From positions 19-64,018 of the forward strand of contig JBBIMX010000004.1 in NCBI GenBank assembly GCA_037444165.1: DNA of 64,000 bases, written 5' to 3'. Position numbers and translations under genes: made by a program. A model generated the notes under the pieces. That model did no database searches. It was not told where the DNA came from and saw only the letters and a list, made by a program, of their open reading frames with translations. This document shows positions 37,987-46,877 of this stretch, in pieces. How positions within the stretch are numbered: the stretch's first letter is position 1; each line of letters opens with the position of its first letter. This DNA is from Deltaproteobacteria bacterium (lineage in GTDB: Bacteria; Desulfobacterota; BSN033; UBA1163).

Positions 37987-39353
37987 AGATTCTGATGATT
38001 AATCCCGCGCCCATCGGAACATTGAAAGCAACGGGTGTGCTCTTTCCACCCCTTGGTCTTCTTTACGTCGCTGCCGTTGCTGAAAAAGAAGGCCATGAGG
38101 TGGAGGTCGTGGATCTGGCTCTTCAAAAGAAGGGAGAAAAGATTGATTTTAAAAGGTATGAGATTGTAGGAATCTCTACGGACACGACCCGGCATCGCCA
38201 GGCTCTCCAATTGGCTAAGAGGGCGAAAAGAGAAGGCTGCACGGTAATCATGGGAGGCCCTCACCCGACCTATGTGGACAAAGAGATTCTCTCCACCGAA
38301 ATGGTCGATTTTATTGTTCGAGGAGAGGGAGAAGTCACTTTCTCGGAATTGATTTCAACTTTAAATCGGGAAAAGGGCAAGTTGGATTCCGTACAGGGGA
38401 TCAGTTTTTTATCCAAAGGCGAAATCCTTCGAACCCCCAGCCGCCCCTTTATTGAGAATCTCGATGAACTCCCCTTCCCTGCCAGGCATCTGGTTCCGAT
38501 GGAGAAGTACCGGCGAACAAAAATGGGAGACCGGGAGGTCACTCCTATCCTGACCAGTCGGGGGTGTCCATTTCAGTGCACCTTTTGTGCCTCATCCCAT
38601 TTTTTTGGAACGAAGGTCAGGCTTCGGAGTCCTGCATCGGTATTAAAGGAGCTCGAAGAACTCTATCATCGATACTCCTTTCAGGCCGTTGCCTTTGTGG
38701 ATGATACCTTCACTCTCTTTCCGGATAGGGTGATCGAAATTGGTAAAGGAATTCTGGAAAGAGGGATGAACCTCTGGTGGTGGTGTCTTTCGAGAGCGGA
38801 CCTTCTCATTCGAAACGAAGAGATGATTCAATGGATGGTTCGGTCAGGGGCGAAATCGGTCTTCATTGGAGTTGAGTCGGCCAATCCAAAGACCCTTGAG
38901 AGTCTGAAAAAAAGGATCGATCGAAACACCACGACTCGGGCTGTTGAAATGCTGAAACGATATGGCCTCGAGATCCATGCCTCTTATATCTTAGGCGGAC
39001 TCGATGAGACGGCTCGGGCAATTCATGAAACGATCCGATTGGCAAAAGAACTGGACACGAATGTGGCCCAATTTTCCATCCTTACCCCCTATCCAGGGAC
39101 CCTCCTCTATGAGCAGTTGAAGGATCGGATCTTCAGGTGGAGAGCTCCATGGTCATTTTTCGACATGCAACATCTGGTCTTCAAACACGACCATCTCTCC
39201 TTCATTCGGATGGAATGGCTTTTGATGAAGGCTCATCTTCTCTACTATCTGCGATCAAAGAAAGGGATTCGTGATCTCTGGCATCATATTAAAAAACACC
39301 GGATTACCCTTCGAACCTTCTTTCAATTTCTTAAAGAATACTTCTGGGGATAA
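37983..39353 (+). CDS. Cobalamin-binding (class B) radical SAM enzyme, paralog 1
   Basis: An N-terminal B12-binding Rossmann domain (MKILMINPAP...GHEVEVVDLA) is followed by a radical SAM core (RGCPFQCTFCAS). Confidence 0.8.
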   Translation: MKILMINPAPIGTLKATGVLFPPLGLLYVAAVAEKEGHEVEVVDLALQKKGEKIDFKRYEIVGISTDTTRHRQALQLAKRAKREGCTVIMGGPHPTYVDKEILSTEMVDFIVRGEGEVTFSELISTLNREKGKLDSVQGISFLSKGEILRTPSRPFIENLDELPFPARHLVPMEKYRRTKMGDREVTPILTSRGCPFQCTFCASSHFFGTKVRLRSPASVLKELEELYHRYSFQAVAFVDDTFTLFPDRVIEIGKGILERGMNLWWWCLSRADLLIRNEEMIQWMVRSGAKSVFIGVESANPKTLESLKKRIDRNTTTRAVEMLKRYGLEIHASYILGGLDETARAIHETIRLAKELDTNVAQFSILTPYPGTLLYEQLKDRIFRWRAPWSFFDMQHLVFKHDHLSFIRMEWLLMKAHLLYYLRSKKGIRDLWHHIKKHRITLRTFFQFLKEYFWG

Positions 39354-39355
39354 AG

Positions 39356-40270
39356 ATGGAGAATCGAGATCGTCTCTCTACCTACCGATTTCTCTCCCTC
39401 TTTCTCTTCCAATTCTTCTCTACCCTTATCCCCCGTTCCATGCAGAAGTTCTTCAGTGTCGTCGTAGGAGATCTCTTCTATTTATTGATGCCCAAGACAA
39501 GGACTTCTGTTCGAAAGAATATCGAAGGGATCAGCCAAGGAAGATGGGCGAAAGGAAAGATTGAAACCTATACCCGTAAAACTTTTCAGAACTATGGACA
39601 GTATCTCTTAGATTATATGGTCATGCATCGACTCTCTCCTTCTCATAAAGACCGGTGGGTGGAAGAAGAGATTGGAGGTCACTATATGATAGAAGCCCTC
39701 CAGAGAGGAAAAGGGGTGATCTGTATCACTCCTCATCTTGGAAACTGGGAGCTGGGAGGACTCCTCTTTTCCTTTAAAGGAGGAAAACTCAATGTCCTTA
39801 CCCTGGACGAAGAAGATCGAGGAATTAAATCTTATCGTGAAGAGATGCGAAGAAGATGGGGGATTCGAAACATCTATATTCACCCCGGAGACGATTCTCC
39901 TCTGGCCACCCTCGAAGCGGTTCAAGCATTGAGGCGAAATGAGATTGTGGCCATGTTGGGAGATCGGATCGAAACTCAGAGGACGATGGAGTTGGATTTC
40001 TTTGGTAAGAAAACCCCTTTCCCCATTGGAGCAGCCTTGATGGCCATGACCACAGGGGCTGCGGTCCTCCCGGTCTTTGTCGTCATGGAAAGGAATCGAA
40101 AATATCGAGGGATCATCGAATCCCCTGTCTATTTTGATTCCTCTTCTCGAGAGGAACGCGAATCCATCCTGAGAAAAGGGATGGAAGAGATCGTGAAAAA
40201 ATTTGAATCCTATATCGAAAAATATCCTGATCAATGGTATAATTTTTATTCTTATTGGAACGATTCCTGA
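39356..40270 (+). CDS. LpxL/HtrB-family lysophospholipid (lipid A-type) acyltransferase
   Basis: The HX4D-type motif ITPHLGNWELGG is present, with an N-terminal TM anchor. It is in the LPLAT_LABLAT-like family. Confidence 0.75.
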   Translation: MENRDRLSTYRFLSLFLFQFFSTLIPRSMQKFFSVVVGDLFYLLMPKTRTSVRKNIEGISQGRWAKGKIETYTRKTFQNYGQYLLDYMVMHRLSPSHKDRWVEEEIGGHYMIEALQRGKGVICITPHLGNWELGGLLFSFKGGKLNVLTLDEEDRGIKSYREEMRRRWGIRNIYIHPGDDSPLATLEAVQALRRNEIVAMLGDRIETQRTMELDFFGKKTPFPIGAALMAMTTGAAVLPVFVVMERNRKYRGIIESPVYFDSSSREERESILRKGMEEIVKKFESYIEKYPDQWYNFYSYWNDS

Positions 40271-40295
40271 GATCGATAAAAAGAGGGAGTTTCCA

Positions 40296-40565
40296 ATGAC
40301 ACCAAAGGATGAGATGATCGAAAAGATGAAACGACTCATTATTACGAGGTTAAAGCTGGTGGAGATGACCCCCGAAATGATTGACCCAGAGGCTCCCCTC
40401 TTCGGAGAGGGACTTGGACTGGATTCCATCGATGCCCTTGAGTTGGTATTAGGTTTGGAAAAAGAGTTTGGTGTCATGATCCCGGATGCGGAGGTGGGTA
40501 AAAAGGTCTTCCAATCGGTAAGAACGATGGCCGAGTATGTTTTAGACCATCAGCTCAAAGGTTAA
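40296..40565 (+). CDS. Acyl carrier protein
   Basis: The phosphopantetheine attachment motif GLGLDSIDALELV is present in a helical bundle of about 90 aa. The start is taken at MTPKDE. Confidence 0.8.
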   Translation: MTPKDEMIEKMKRLIITRLKLVEMTPEMIDPEAPLFGEGLGLDSIDALELVLGLEKEFGVMIPDAEVGKKVFQSVRTMAEYVLDHQLKG

Positions 40566-40569
40566 AGAG

Positions 40570-41502
40570 ATGGAAGCCAAAAACAAAATTGCCTTCTGTT
40601 TCCCAGGACAAATTCAGGAAAGACCCATTCTTTCGAAGTACCACCCCCTCTCTGAAGACCCTTTCTTCCGAGATTGGGTAGATCGGGCAGAGAAGGAAAC
40701 TGGAATAGAATTATGGAAATTTATGAACGAGGAGACGGAGGGAGAGCAAGTCCCTCTCAAATTACAGCTCACCACCTATCTCTTCTCGGTGATCTATTTT
40801 CAACGACTTTTAGAGAAAGGATGGACTCCTGAAATCCTCACCGAACATAGCATGGGAATCTATGCAGCGCTCACCGCTTCCGAGGCCATCACCTTTGAAG
40901 AAGGACTCTTTATCACCCATTCCATTGGGAGACTTCTCGAGGAAGAAGGGGCTCTCTGCCCCGGGATGATGGCAAGCATCATCGGTCTTCCTCTTGAAGA
41001 AATCCAGAAGATTATCAGTACCCTTGATGGATATCGCTTAGCCATTGCCAATTACAATGGATCAATGCATTTTGTGATTTCAGGAGAGGAGGAGGGGGTT
41101 CAAAAAGCGATGGAGCTTGCCCTGGCCCGGAAGGCCCTTTCAGTGAGTAAACTTTCTTTCAACACGGCTCTTCACTCTCCTCCCCTGAGCCATCTCAGGG
41201 GAAAGATCCGGGATCTGTTGAGGGAGATTGAAGTCCGTCCATTCCGGTATCCTATTCTTAATCACTGGACCATCCAACCACTCAACCGGGGGGAAGTGAA
41301 AGACTTTCTTTCCGAAGAGATTGCCCGCCCGGTTTACTGGGTTCGATGTGTGGAGAAATGTATTCAGGAAGGGGTTCGTCAGTTCGTCGAAGTCGGCAAA
41401 GAATCGACCCTGACGAAACTGATTCGTTGGATTGATCGGGAGGTCGAGGCCCTCTCGGCTGAGGAACTCCTCTTCTCGGGGGGACGAGATGGGATCCTAT
41501 GA
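40570..41502 (+). CDS. ACP S-malonyltransferase-like acyltransferase (FabD family)
   Basis: The sequences IAFCFPGQ and the nucleophile motif EHSMGIYAAL (GHSxG-like) are present. Length is 310 aa. Confidence 0.7.
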   Translation: MEAKNKIAFCFPGQIQERPILSKYHPLSEDPFFRDWVDRAEKETGIELWKFMNEETEGEQVPLKLQLTTYLFSVIYFQRLLEKGWTPEILTEHSMGIYAALTASEAITFEEGLFITHSIGRLLEEEGALCPGMMASIIGLPLEEIQKIISTLDGYRLAIANYNGSMHFVISGEEEGVQKAMELALARKALSVSKLSFNTALHSPPLSHLRGKIRDLLREIEVRPFRYPILNHWTIQPLNRGEVKDFLSEEIARPVYWVRCVEKCIQEGVRQFVEVGKESTLTKLIRWIDREVEALSAEELLFSGGRDGIL

Positions 41503-41911
41503 AACTCGATTCCGGGTTCGTTTTCATGAGGTCGATGCTTATGGAATGGTCTGGCATGGTCATTTTGTGGCCTGGTTTGAAATGGGTCGAAATGAATTGA
41601 CTGAAAAATTTGGCTTGGGCCCCTTTCAACTCAAGGGAAGAGGGCTCTTGGCTCCGGTGGTCCATCTTTCCTGTGAATTCAAACAACCTGCTCGGTTCGG
41701 AGAGACCCTTCTCCTTCAAACGAGTATGGAAAGGACGGAAGTGGCCAAGTTAATCTTTCATTATCGAATCCTCCACCAAGGAGAAGAAAAGATAGTGGCG
41801 ACAGGATCGACGACCCATGTGTTGACCGATCTCAATGGAAATCTCCTTTACCGGATCCCTCCCGACCTCCTTAAAAAGATAGAAGAGATGATGAAATTTT
41901 TAGGGGTATAG
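41489..41911 (+). CDS. Hotdog-fold acyl-CoA/acyl-ACP thioesterase (4HBT/YbgC family)
   Basis: The sequence VRFHEVDAYGMVWHGHFVAWFEMGRNE is typical of 4HBT. The start overlaps the upstream stop. Confidence 0.7.
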   Translation: MGSYETRFRVRFHEVDAYGMVWHGHFVAWFEMGRNELTEKFGLGPFQLKGRGLLAPVVHLSCEFKQPARFGETLLLQTSMERTEVAKLIFHYRILHQGEEKIVATGSTTHVLTDLNGNLLYRIPPDLLKKIEEMMKFLGV

Positions 41912-41912
41912 G

Positions 41913-43349
41913 ATGAAGGTTTTATTGATCGATCCTCCCCATCGAATCTTCCCTGGGTTAAGAATGTGGGCTCCTTCCTTTGGTCTTCTCCAACTCTCCG
42001 CCTATCTGGAAGCCGAGGGAGTGAGCGTTCAAATCATAGATGGAACCACTCTTCGAGAACCCTGGAAAGAGCTTCAAGAACAGATCGTCTCCTCAAAAGC
42101 CGATGTGATTGGAATCACCTGTACAGCTACCTGTCTATCTCCCGAAGCGATTCAGACGATTTATCTTTCACGAAGACTTTCTCCTCGATCCATCCTCGTG
42201 GGAGGAGGAAGTCACTTCACCCTGATGGCCAAAACCATTCTCGAGGAGGTTCCCGATCTGGACTACATTGTTCTGGGGGAAGGAGAGATCGCCTTTCTTC
42301 AACTTCTCAAAAGCCTTTCCAATGGAAAAAATGGAAGAGAGGTGAGGGGAATCGCCTATCGGGAAGATGGAAGGGTGATTCTCAATGAAAGACAGCCATT
42401 GATTACTCCTCTGGATGGTCTTCCTCTTCCAGCCTATCATCTCATCGATGTCGAGAGCGAAGCCTACTACTGGCATGGAATGGGTCGAAGGGCCTTTGGA
42501 GTGTCCACCAGTCGGGGATGTGGGGATCACTGTAGCTACTGTTCCGAGACAAAATTTTGGGAAGGGGTCTGGAGGGGAAGAAGCGGGAAGAAGGTCGTCG
42601 AGGAGATCTCCTTCCTTTATCGAAAATATGGAAAAAGTCTCTTTGTCTTTAATGAAAACGCCTTCAATTGGAGTCGGAAACGGCTGGAGGAGTTTCTCGA
42701 AGAGTTAGGAAAATCAGGGCTCCGGATTCATTTCTGGTTCCAATCTCGAGTGAAAGATATCCTGAGGGACGAAGATCTCCTTCCGGAAATGAAGCGCCTC
42801 GGCCTTTATGAGGTGATGTTAGGGATTGAGAGCATTCAACCCGACGTCCTACAGCGATATGAAAAAGACCAGTCTCGGGAGTTGGCTGAGAAGGCGATTG
42901 AGCTCCTTCGTCGAAATGGGATCATGGTCATGGCTAACGTCATGTTTGGGGATTGGAATGATTCGGAGGCCAATCTGAAAGAGATCTTTCGTTTTGTGAA
43001 AAAAAAGAGCGATTTCTTAGTCCTCACCATCACCACTCCTCTCCCTGGGACAAAATACTTCGAAGAGGCGGAGCGTCTGGGAAGGATAAGGGAAAAGGAC
43101 TTTGGAAAATACGACTTTATGCATCCCGTCATGGATACAAAATTTCTCTCCGCTCCTGAGGTAGAGCGACTTCAAAAGGCTTACCTTAAAAAGTATTATA
43201 CCCAACCGAGGATTCTGCTCGGAGCCTTCTTTAACCCAAACCCTTTTAAGAGAATGGCCTACCGACTCATCTTAAGATACGTCTGGGAGAATGCCACAAA
43301 GAGACCCTGGAAGCAACCCAATTGGAAAGATGACAGGCAAGAGGGATAG
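41913..43349 (+). CDS. Cobalamin-binding (class B) radical SAM enzyme, paralog 2
   Basis: B12-binding N-terminus (MKVLLIDPPHR...GVSVQIIDG). The radical SAM motif is RGCGDHCSYCSE. Confidence 0.8.
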   Translation: MKVLLIDPPHRIFPGLRMWAPSFGLLQLSAYLEAEGVSVQIIDGTTLREPWKELQEQIVSSKADVIGITCTATCLSPEAIQTIYLSRRLSPRSILVGGGSHFTLMAKTILEEVPDLDYIVLGEGEIAFLQLLKSLSNGKNGREVRGIAYREDGRVILNERQPLITPLDGLPLPAYHLIDVESEAYYWHGMGRRAFGVSTSRGCGDHCSYCSETKFWEGVWRGRSGKKVVEEISFLYRKYGKSLFVFNENAFNWSRKRLEEFLEELGKSGLRIHFWFQSRVKDILRDEDLLPEMKRLGLYEVMLGIESIQPDVLQRYEKDQSRELAEKAIELLRRNGIMVMANVMFGDWNDSEANLKEIFRFVKKKSDFLVLTITTPLPGTKYFEEAERLGRIREKDFGKYDFMHPVMDTKFLSAPEVERLQKAYLKKYYTQPRILLGAFFNPNPFKRMAYRLILRYVWENATKRPWKQPNWKDDRQEG

Positions 43350-43352
43350 AGA

Positions 43353-44696
43353 TTGAAATCAAAATCCACTCCCCACTCTCCGAATTCGAAAAAGGTCCTT
43401 CTTATCTTTCCGAGGGAGAAGGGGATCAAATTTTCAAACGATACCTTCTATCCCTTTCCCATGATTGGCCTTCCTCTTCTGGCCGCCTATTTTCCCAACA
43501 CCTACGAGGTCAAAATTCTAAACGAAGCCATCGAACCGATCGATTTCGATACGGAAGTGGATCTGGTCGGAATCACTGCCCTTACCTGTATAGCGCACCG
43601 GGCCTATGAAGTGGCGGATCGGTTCCGAAGAAGAGGGGTAAAGGTCATTTTAGGAGGGGTTCACCCAAGCATTCAACCTGAGGAGGCAAAGGAACACGCC
43701 GATTCTGTGGTGATTGGGGAAGCAGAAGGGGTCCTTGGAGAGATCCTCAAAGACTTTGAAGCCGGGGCCCTTAAACCTTTTTATCAGAATCATTCCCTGT
43801 GTGACTTAAGAGGACTCCCCTTGCCGAGAAGGGATCTTCTGAGTAAACGGTACAGCCCCTTGTTTAAGGCGATCGAAACCACCCGGGGCTGTCCCCATCG
43901 ATGCGAATTCTGTTCGGTCCCCATTCTCAATGGGAGAAGGTATCGGATGCGACCCCTCGAGGAGGTCGATCGGGAACTCTCCCTGATCATCAAAAAGCCA
44001 AAGGAGTATCTCTTTGTTACCGATGACAACATCGTCGCCATCGAGGATTATGCCCTCGGCCTCTTTGACATCTTTAAACGGCATCAGGTGAGATGGATGG
44101 GGTTTTCTACCCTTCAGATTGCAACCAATGAGACACTTCTGCGGAAAGCGAGCGAGAGTGGGTGTCTCTCTCTCTTTATCGGATTCGAATCCCTCCTTCA
44201 AGAGAATCTCAATCACGTCTCAAAGTCCTTTGTTCACACCGAACTTCTTCCGGAGTGGATTAGGAGCATTCATGGCTATGGAATTGGCATCCATGGTTCT
44301 TTCATCTTTGGCTTTGATGGGGATGATTCAACGATCTTTCGGAAAACCGTTGAGTTTGTTCAAAAGAATCGAATCGATCTTCCCTCTTTTTCTATCCTCA
44401 CCCCTTTTCCGGGGACTCGACTCTATCAGCGGTTAGAAGAGGAAGGCCGGATCATTGACCGCAATTGGTCCCATTACGATATGAGCCATGTCGTCTTTCA
44501 ACCCAAGCAGATGACGGTCAGACAGCTTCAAGAGGGATATCTCTGGGCTCAACAGTATAGCTGTTCTCCTCGTTCGATCTTCCAACGCCTCCTCTGGAGG
44601 TGGAGAAATCACTTTTTCTTTTTTTTAATGTCAAATTTTGTCCTCCGGGGAGCCCAAATGGATGTGATTCGAAGAATAAGAAAAAGGCCCCAATAA
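43353..44696 (+). CDS. Cobalamin-binding (class B) radical SAM enzyme, paralog 3
   Basis: B12-binding N-terminus (VLLIFPREKG...). The radical SAM motif is RGCPHRCEFCSVP. Confidence 0.8.
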   Translation: MKSKSTPHSPNSKKVLLIFPREKGIKFSNDTFYPFPMIGLPLLAAYFPNTYEVKILNEAIEPIDFDTEVDLVGITALTCIAHRAYEVADRFRRRGVKVILGGVHPSIQPEEAKEHADSVVIGEAEGVLGEILKDFEAGALKPFYQNHSLCDLRGLPLPRRDLLSKRYSPLFKAIETTRGCPHRCEFCSVPILNGRRYRMRPLEEVDRELSLIIKKPKEYLFVTDDNIVAIEDYALGLFDIFKRHQVRWMGFSTLQIATNETLLRKASESGCLSLFIGFESLLQENLNHVSKSFVHTELLPEWIRSIHGYGIGIHGSFIFGFDGDDSTIFRKTVEFVQKNRIDLPSFSILTPFPGTRLYQRLEEEGRIIDRNWSHYDMSHVVFQPKQMTVRQLQEGYLWAQQYSCSPRSIFQRLLWRWRNHFFFFLMSNFVLRGAQMDVIRRIRKRPQ

Positions 44697-44700
44697 AAGG

Positions 44701-46110
44701 ATGAAGATTCTACTGATCTCTATCAATCGGGAACGAATGCCGGCTCCTGTTTTTCCTCTGGGGCTGGCCTATATCGCCCGAGCTTTAAAAGAGAGGGGAC
44801 ATCGGATAGAAGTATCGGATCTCTGTTTTTCTCAAGATCCCTCTCACGAGGTTCAAGAGGTCCTCTTTCGATTTCAACCGGATCTCATAGGACTCTCCCT
44901 GAGAAATCTTGACAATCTGACCTATCCCCACTCTCTCTCTTATCTTGATGAACTCAAAGAGGTGATCTCCATCTGTCGTCAACTCCCCTCATCAAAATTA
45001 GTCCTCGGTGGCTCAGGGTTCTCCCTCGCACCTAAGGAACTCTTCAATGAACTGGATGTGGATTTTGGGATTATTGGAGAGGGGGAGGAGATCATGGTGA
45101 AACTGGTGGAATCTCTCGAAAGGAAGGAACCCCTCCCTTTCCTCCCCTCTCTTCTCATCAAAGGGGAACCGATCCCCTCTAAAATCGAAGGGGCCAGAGC
45201 CCCGTTGAGTTTTACCCCGGAACGCTCTTTCTTCAAGAGTGAGCGTTATCTCAGGGAAGGGGGAATGCTTAATCTTCAAACCAAACGGGGTTGCCCTTTC
45301 TCTTGTATCTACTGCACGTACCCTCTTCTGGAAGGCAAAGAGGTGAGACTCCGGCAGATAGAGGAAGTCATCGAAGAGATCCGACACCTCATCCAAGACG
45401 AGGGAGCGGATTATCTCTATTTCGTTGACGACCTCTTCAATTATCCCTCTTCCTATGCCGAGCAGTTATGTCGAAAGATGGTTCGGGAAGGACTGAAGGT
45501 TCGGTGGAGCGCCTTTATCCATCCTCGCTTTCTTTCCAAAGAACTCTTAAAATGGATGAAAGAGGCGGGATGTGTGGGGATTGAATTTGGAACCGACTCG
45601 GGTTCACCCAGAATGCTTAAACAGTATCGAAAAGCCTTTTCTCAAGAAGAGATCGTCCGCTCTTCCCGAATCTGTGAGGAACTCGGGATGAATTACTGTC
45701 ATTATCTTCTGCTGGGAGGACCTGGAGAGGATGAGGAAACCATCGAAGAATCCTTTCAATTGATGGATCGGCTCAATCCGACTGCAGTCATTGCTATGTT
45801 AGGGATCCGTATCTATCCGGGAACAGAACTCCATCGACTCGCTCTTCTCGAAGGGAGGATCCAGAAAGGGACTAATCTCGCCTATCCCATTTTTTATCTC
45901 TCTCCGAAACTTGAAGGAAGATTAGAAGAGATCCTTCGTGAAAAGGCCATGGAGCGAAGACAGTGGATCGTTCCAGGTCTCGAGATCAATCTCTCCAATA
46001 CCCTGATGGAACAGATTCGACAATTTCAGATTCGAGGTCCCCTGTGGGACCTTGTAGGCAGAATGAAACGGCCAAGAATAAGACCCTTAAAAAATGACGG
46101 AAGTCATTAA
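44701..46110 (+). CDS. Cobalamin-binding (class B) radical SAM enzyme, paralog 4
   Basis: B12-binding N-terminus (MKILLISINRERMPAP...GHRIEVSDL). The radical SAM motif is RGCPFSCIYCTYP. Confidence 0.8.
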   Translation: MKILLISINRERMPAPVFPLGLAYIARALKERGHRIEVSDLCFSQDPSHEVQEVLFRFQPDLIGLSLRNLDNLTYPHSLSYLDELKEVISICRQLPSSKLVLGGSGFSLAPKELFNELDVDFGIIGEGEEIMVKLVESLERKEPLPFLPSLLIKGEPIPSKIEGARAPLSFTPERSFFKSERYLREGGMLNLQTKRGCPFSCIYCTYPLLEGKEVRLRQIEEVIEEIRHLIQDEGADYLYFVDDLFNYPSSYAEQLCRKMVREGLKVRWSAFIHPRFLSKELLKWMKEAGCVGIEFGTDSGSPRMLKQYRKAFSQEEIVRSSRICEELGMNYCHYLLLGGPGEDEETIEESFQLMDRLNPTAVIAMLGIRIYPGTELHRLALLEGRIQKGTNLAYPIFYLSPKLEGRLEEILREKAMERRQWIVPGLEINLSNTLMEQIRQFQIRGPLWDLVGRMKRPRIRPLKNDGSH

Positions 46111-46125
46111 ATCGATTGTGGGAGG

Positions 46126-46872
46126 TTGACCATGTTACTTCAAGATAAGGTGGCAATTGTGACCGGGGGAACTCGAGGGATTGGAAGGGCCATCTCTCTC
46201 CTCTTCGCAGAGGAGGGGGCAAGGGTCGTGGCTAACTTTTCGAAAAACGTGGAGGCTGCAGAGTCCTTAATTGAAGAAGCTCGGAGCAAAAAATTGACAT
46301 TAGGGCTCTTTAAGGCCGATGTGACCCAATTTGATCAAGTCAAGGAGATGGTGGAGGAGGTCTTCAGAGGATACGGAAGAATCGATATTTTAGTGAATAA
46401 TGTGGGACTCGTCCGAGACAATTTTCTGATGCTCATGAGTGATGAAGATTGGGACTCCCTCCTCAAGGCAAATCTTACAAGTCTTTTTTATTGCTGTAGG
46501 GCTGTCATTCGGAAGATGATTCCGGAGCGAAGAGGGAAAATTGTCAATCTCTCTTCCATCAGTGGTATCCTTGGAACTTCTGGTCAAACCAACTATGCAG
46601 CGACCAAAGGAGGAGTGATCGGTTTTACCAAATCCCTGGCTCGAGAATTAGGACCCTTCAATATTCAGGTCAATGCGGTGGCTCCAGGATTGATTGAATC
46701 TGAGGTGGTCTCAAAAATGCCAAAAGAAAGGGTAGAGGCCATTATTAAATCCTCAAGCCTGGGAAGGATGGGGAAACCTGAGGAAGTGGCCCAGGCGGTC
46801 CTCTTCTTGGCCTCAGATCGTTCAAGTTATATCACCGGCCAAACCCTCATCGTCGATGGGGGAATCTTATAG
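46126..46872 (+). CDS. fabG: 3-oxoacyl-ACP reductase (SDR family, FabG-like)
   Basis: The cofactor-binding motif [11 protein letters not shown] and the catalytic motifs S...NYAATK are present, with similarity over the full length. Confidence 0.85.
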   Translation: MTMLLQDKVAIVTGGTRGIGRAISLLFAEEGARVVANFSKNVEAAESLIEEARSKKLTLGLFKADVTQFDQVKEMVEEVFRGYGRIDILVNNVGLVRDNFLMLMSDEDWDSLLKANLTSLFYCCRAVIRKMIPERRGKIVNLSSISGILGTSGQTNYAATKGGVIGFTKSLARELGPFNIQVNAVAPGLIESEVVSKMPKERVEAIIKSSSLGRMGKPEEVAQAVLFLASDRSSYITGQTLIVDGGIL

Positions 46873-46877
46873 GGAAA

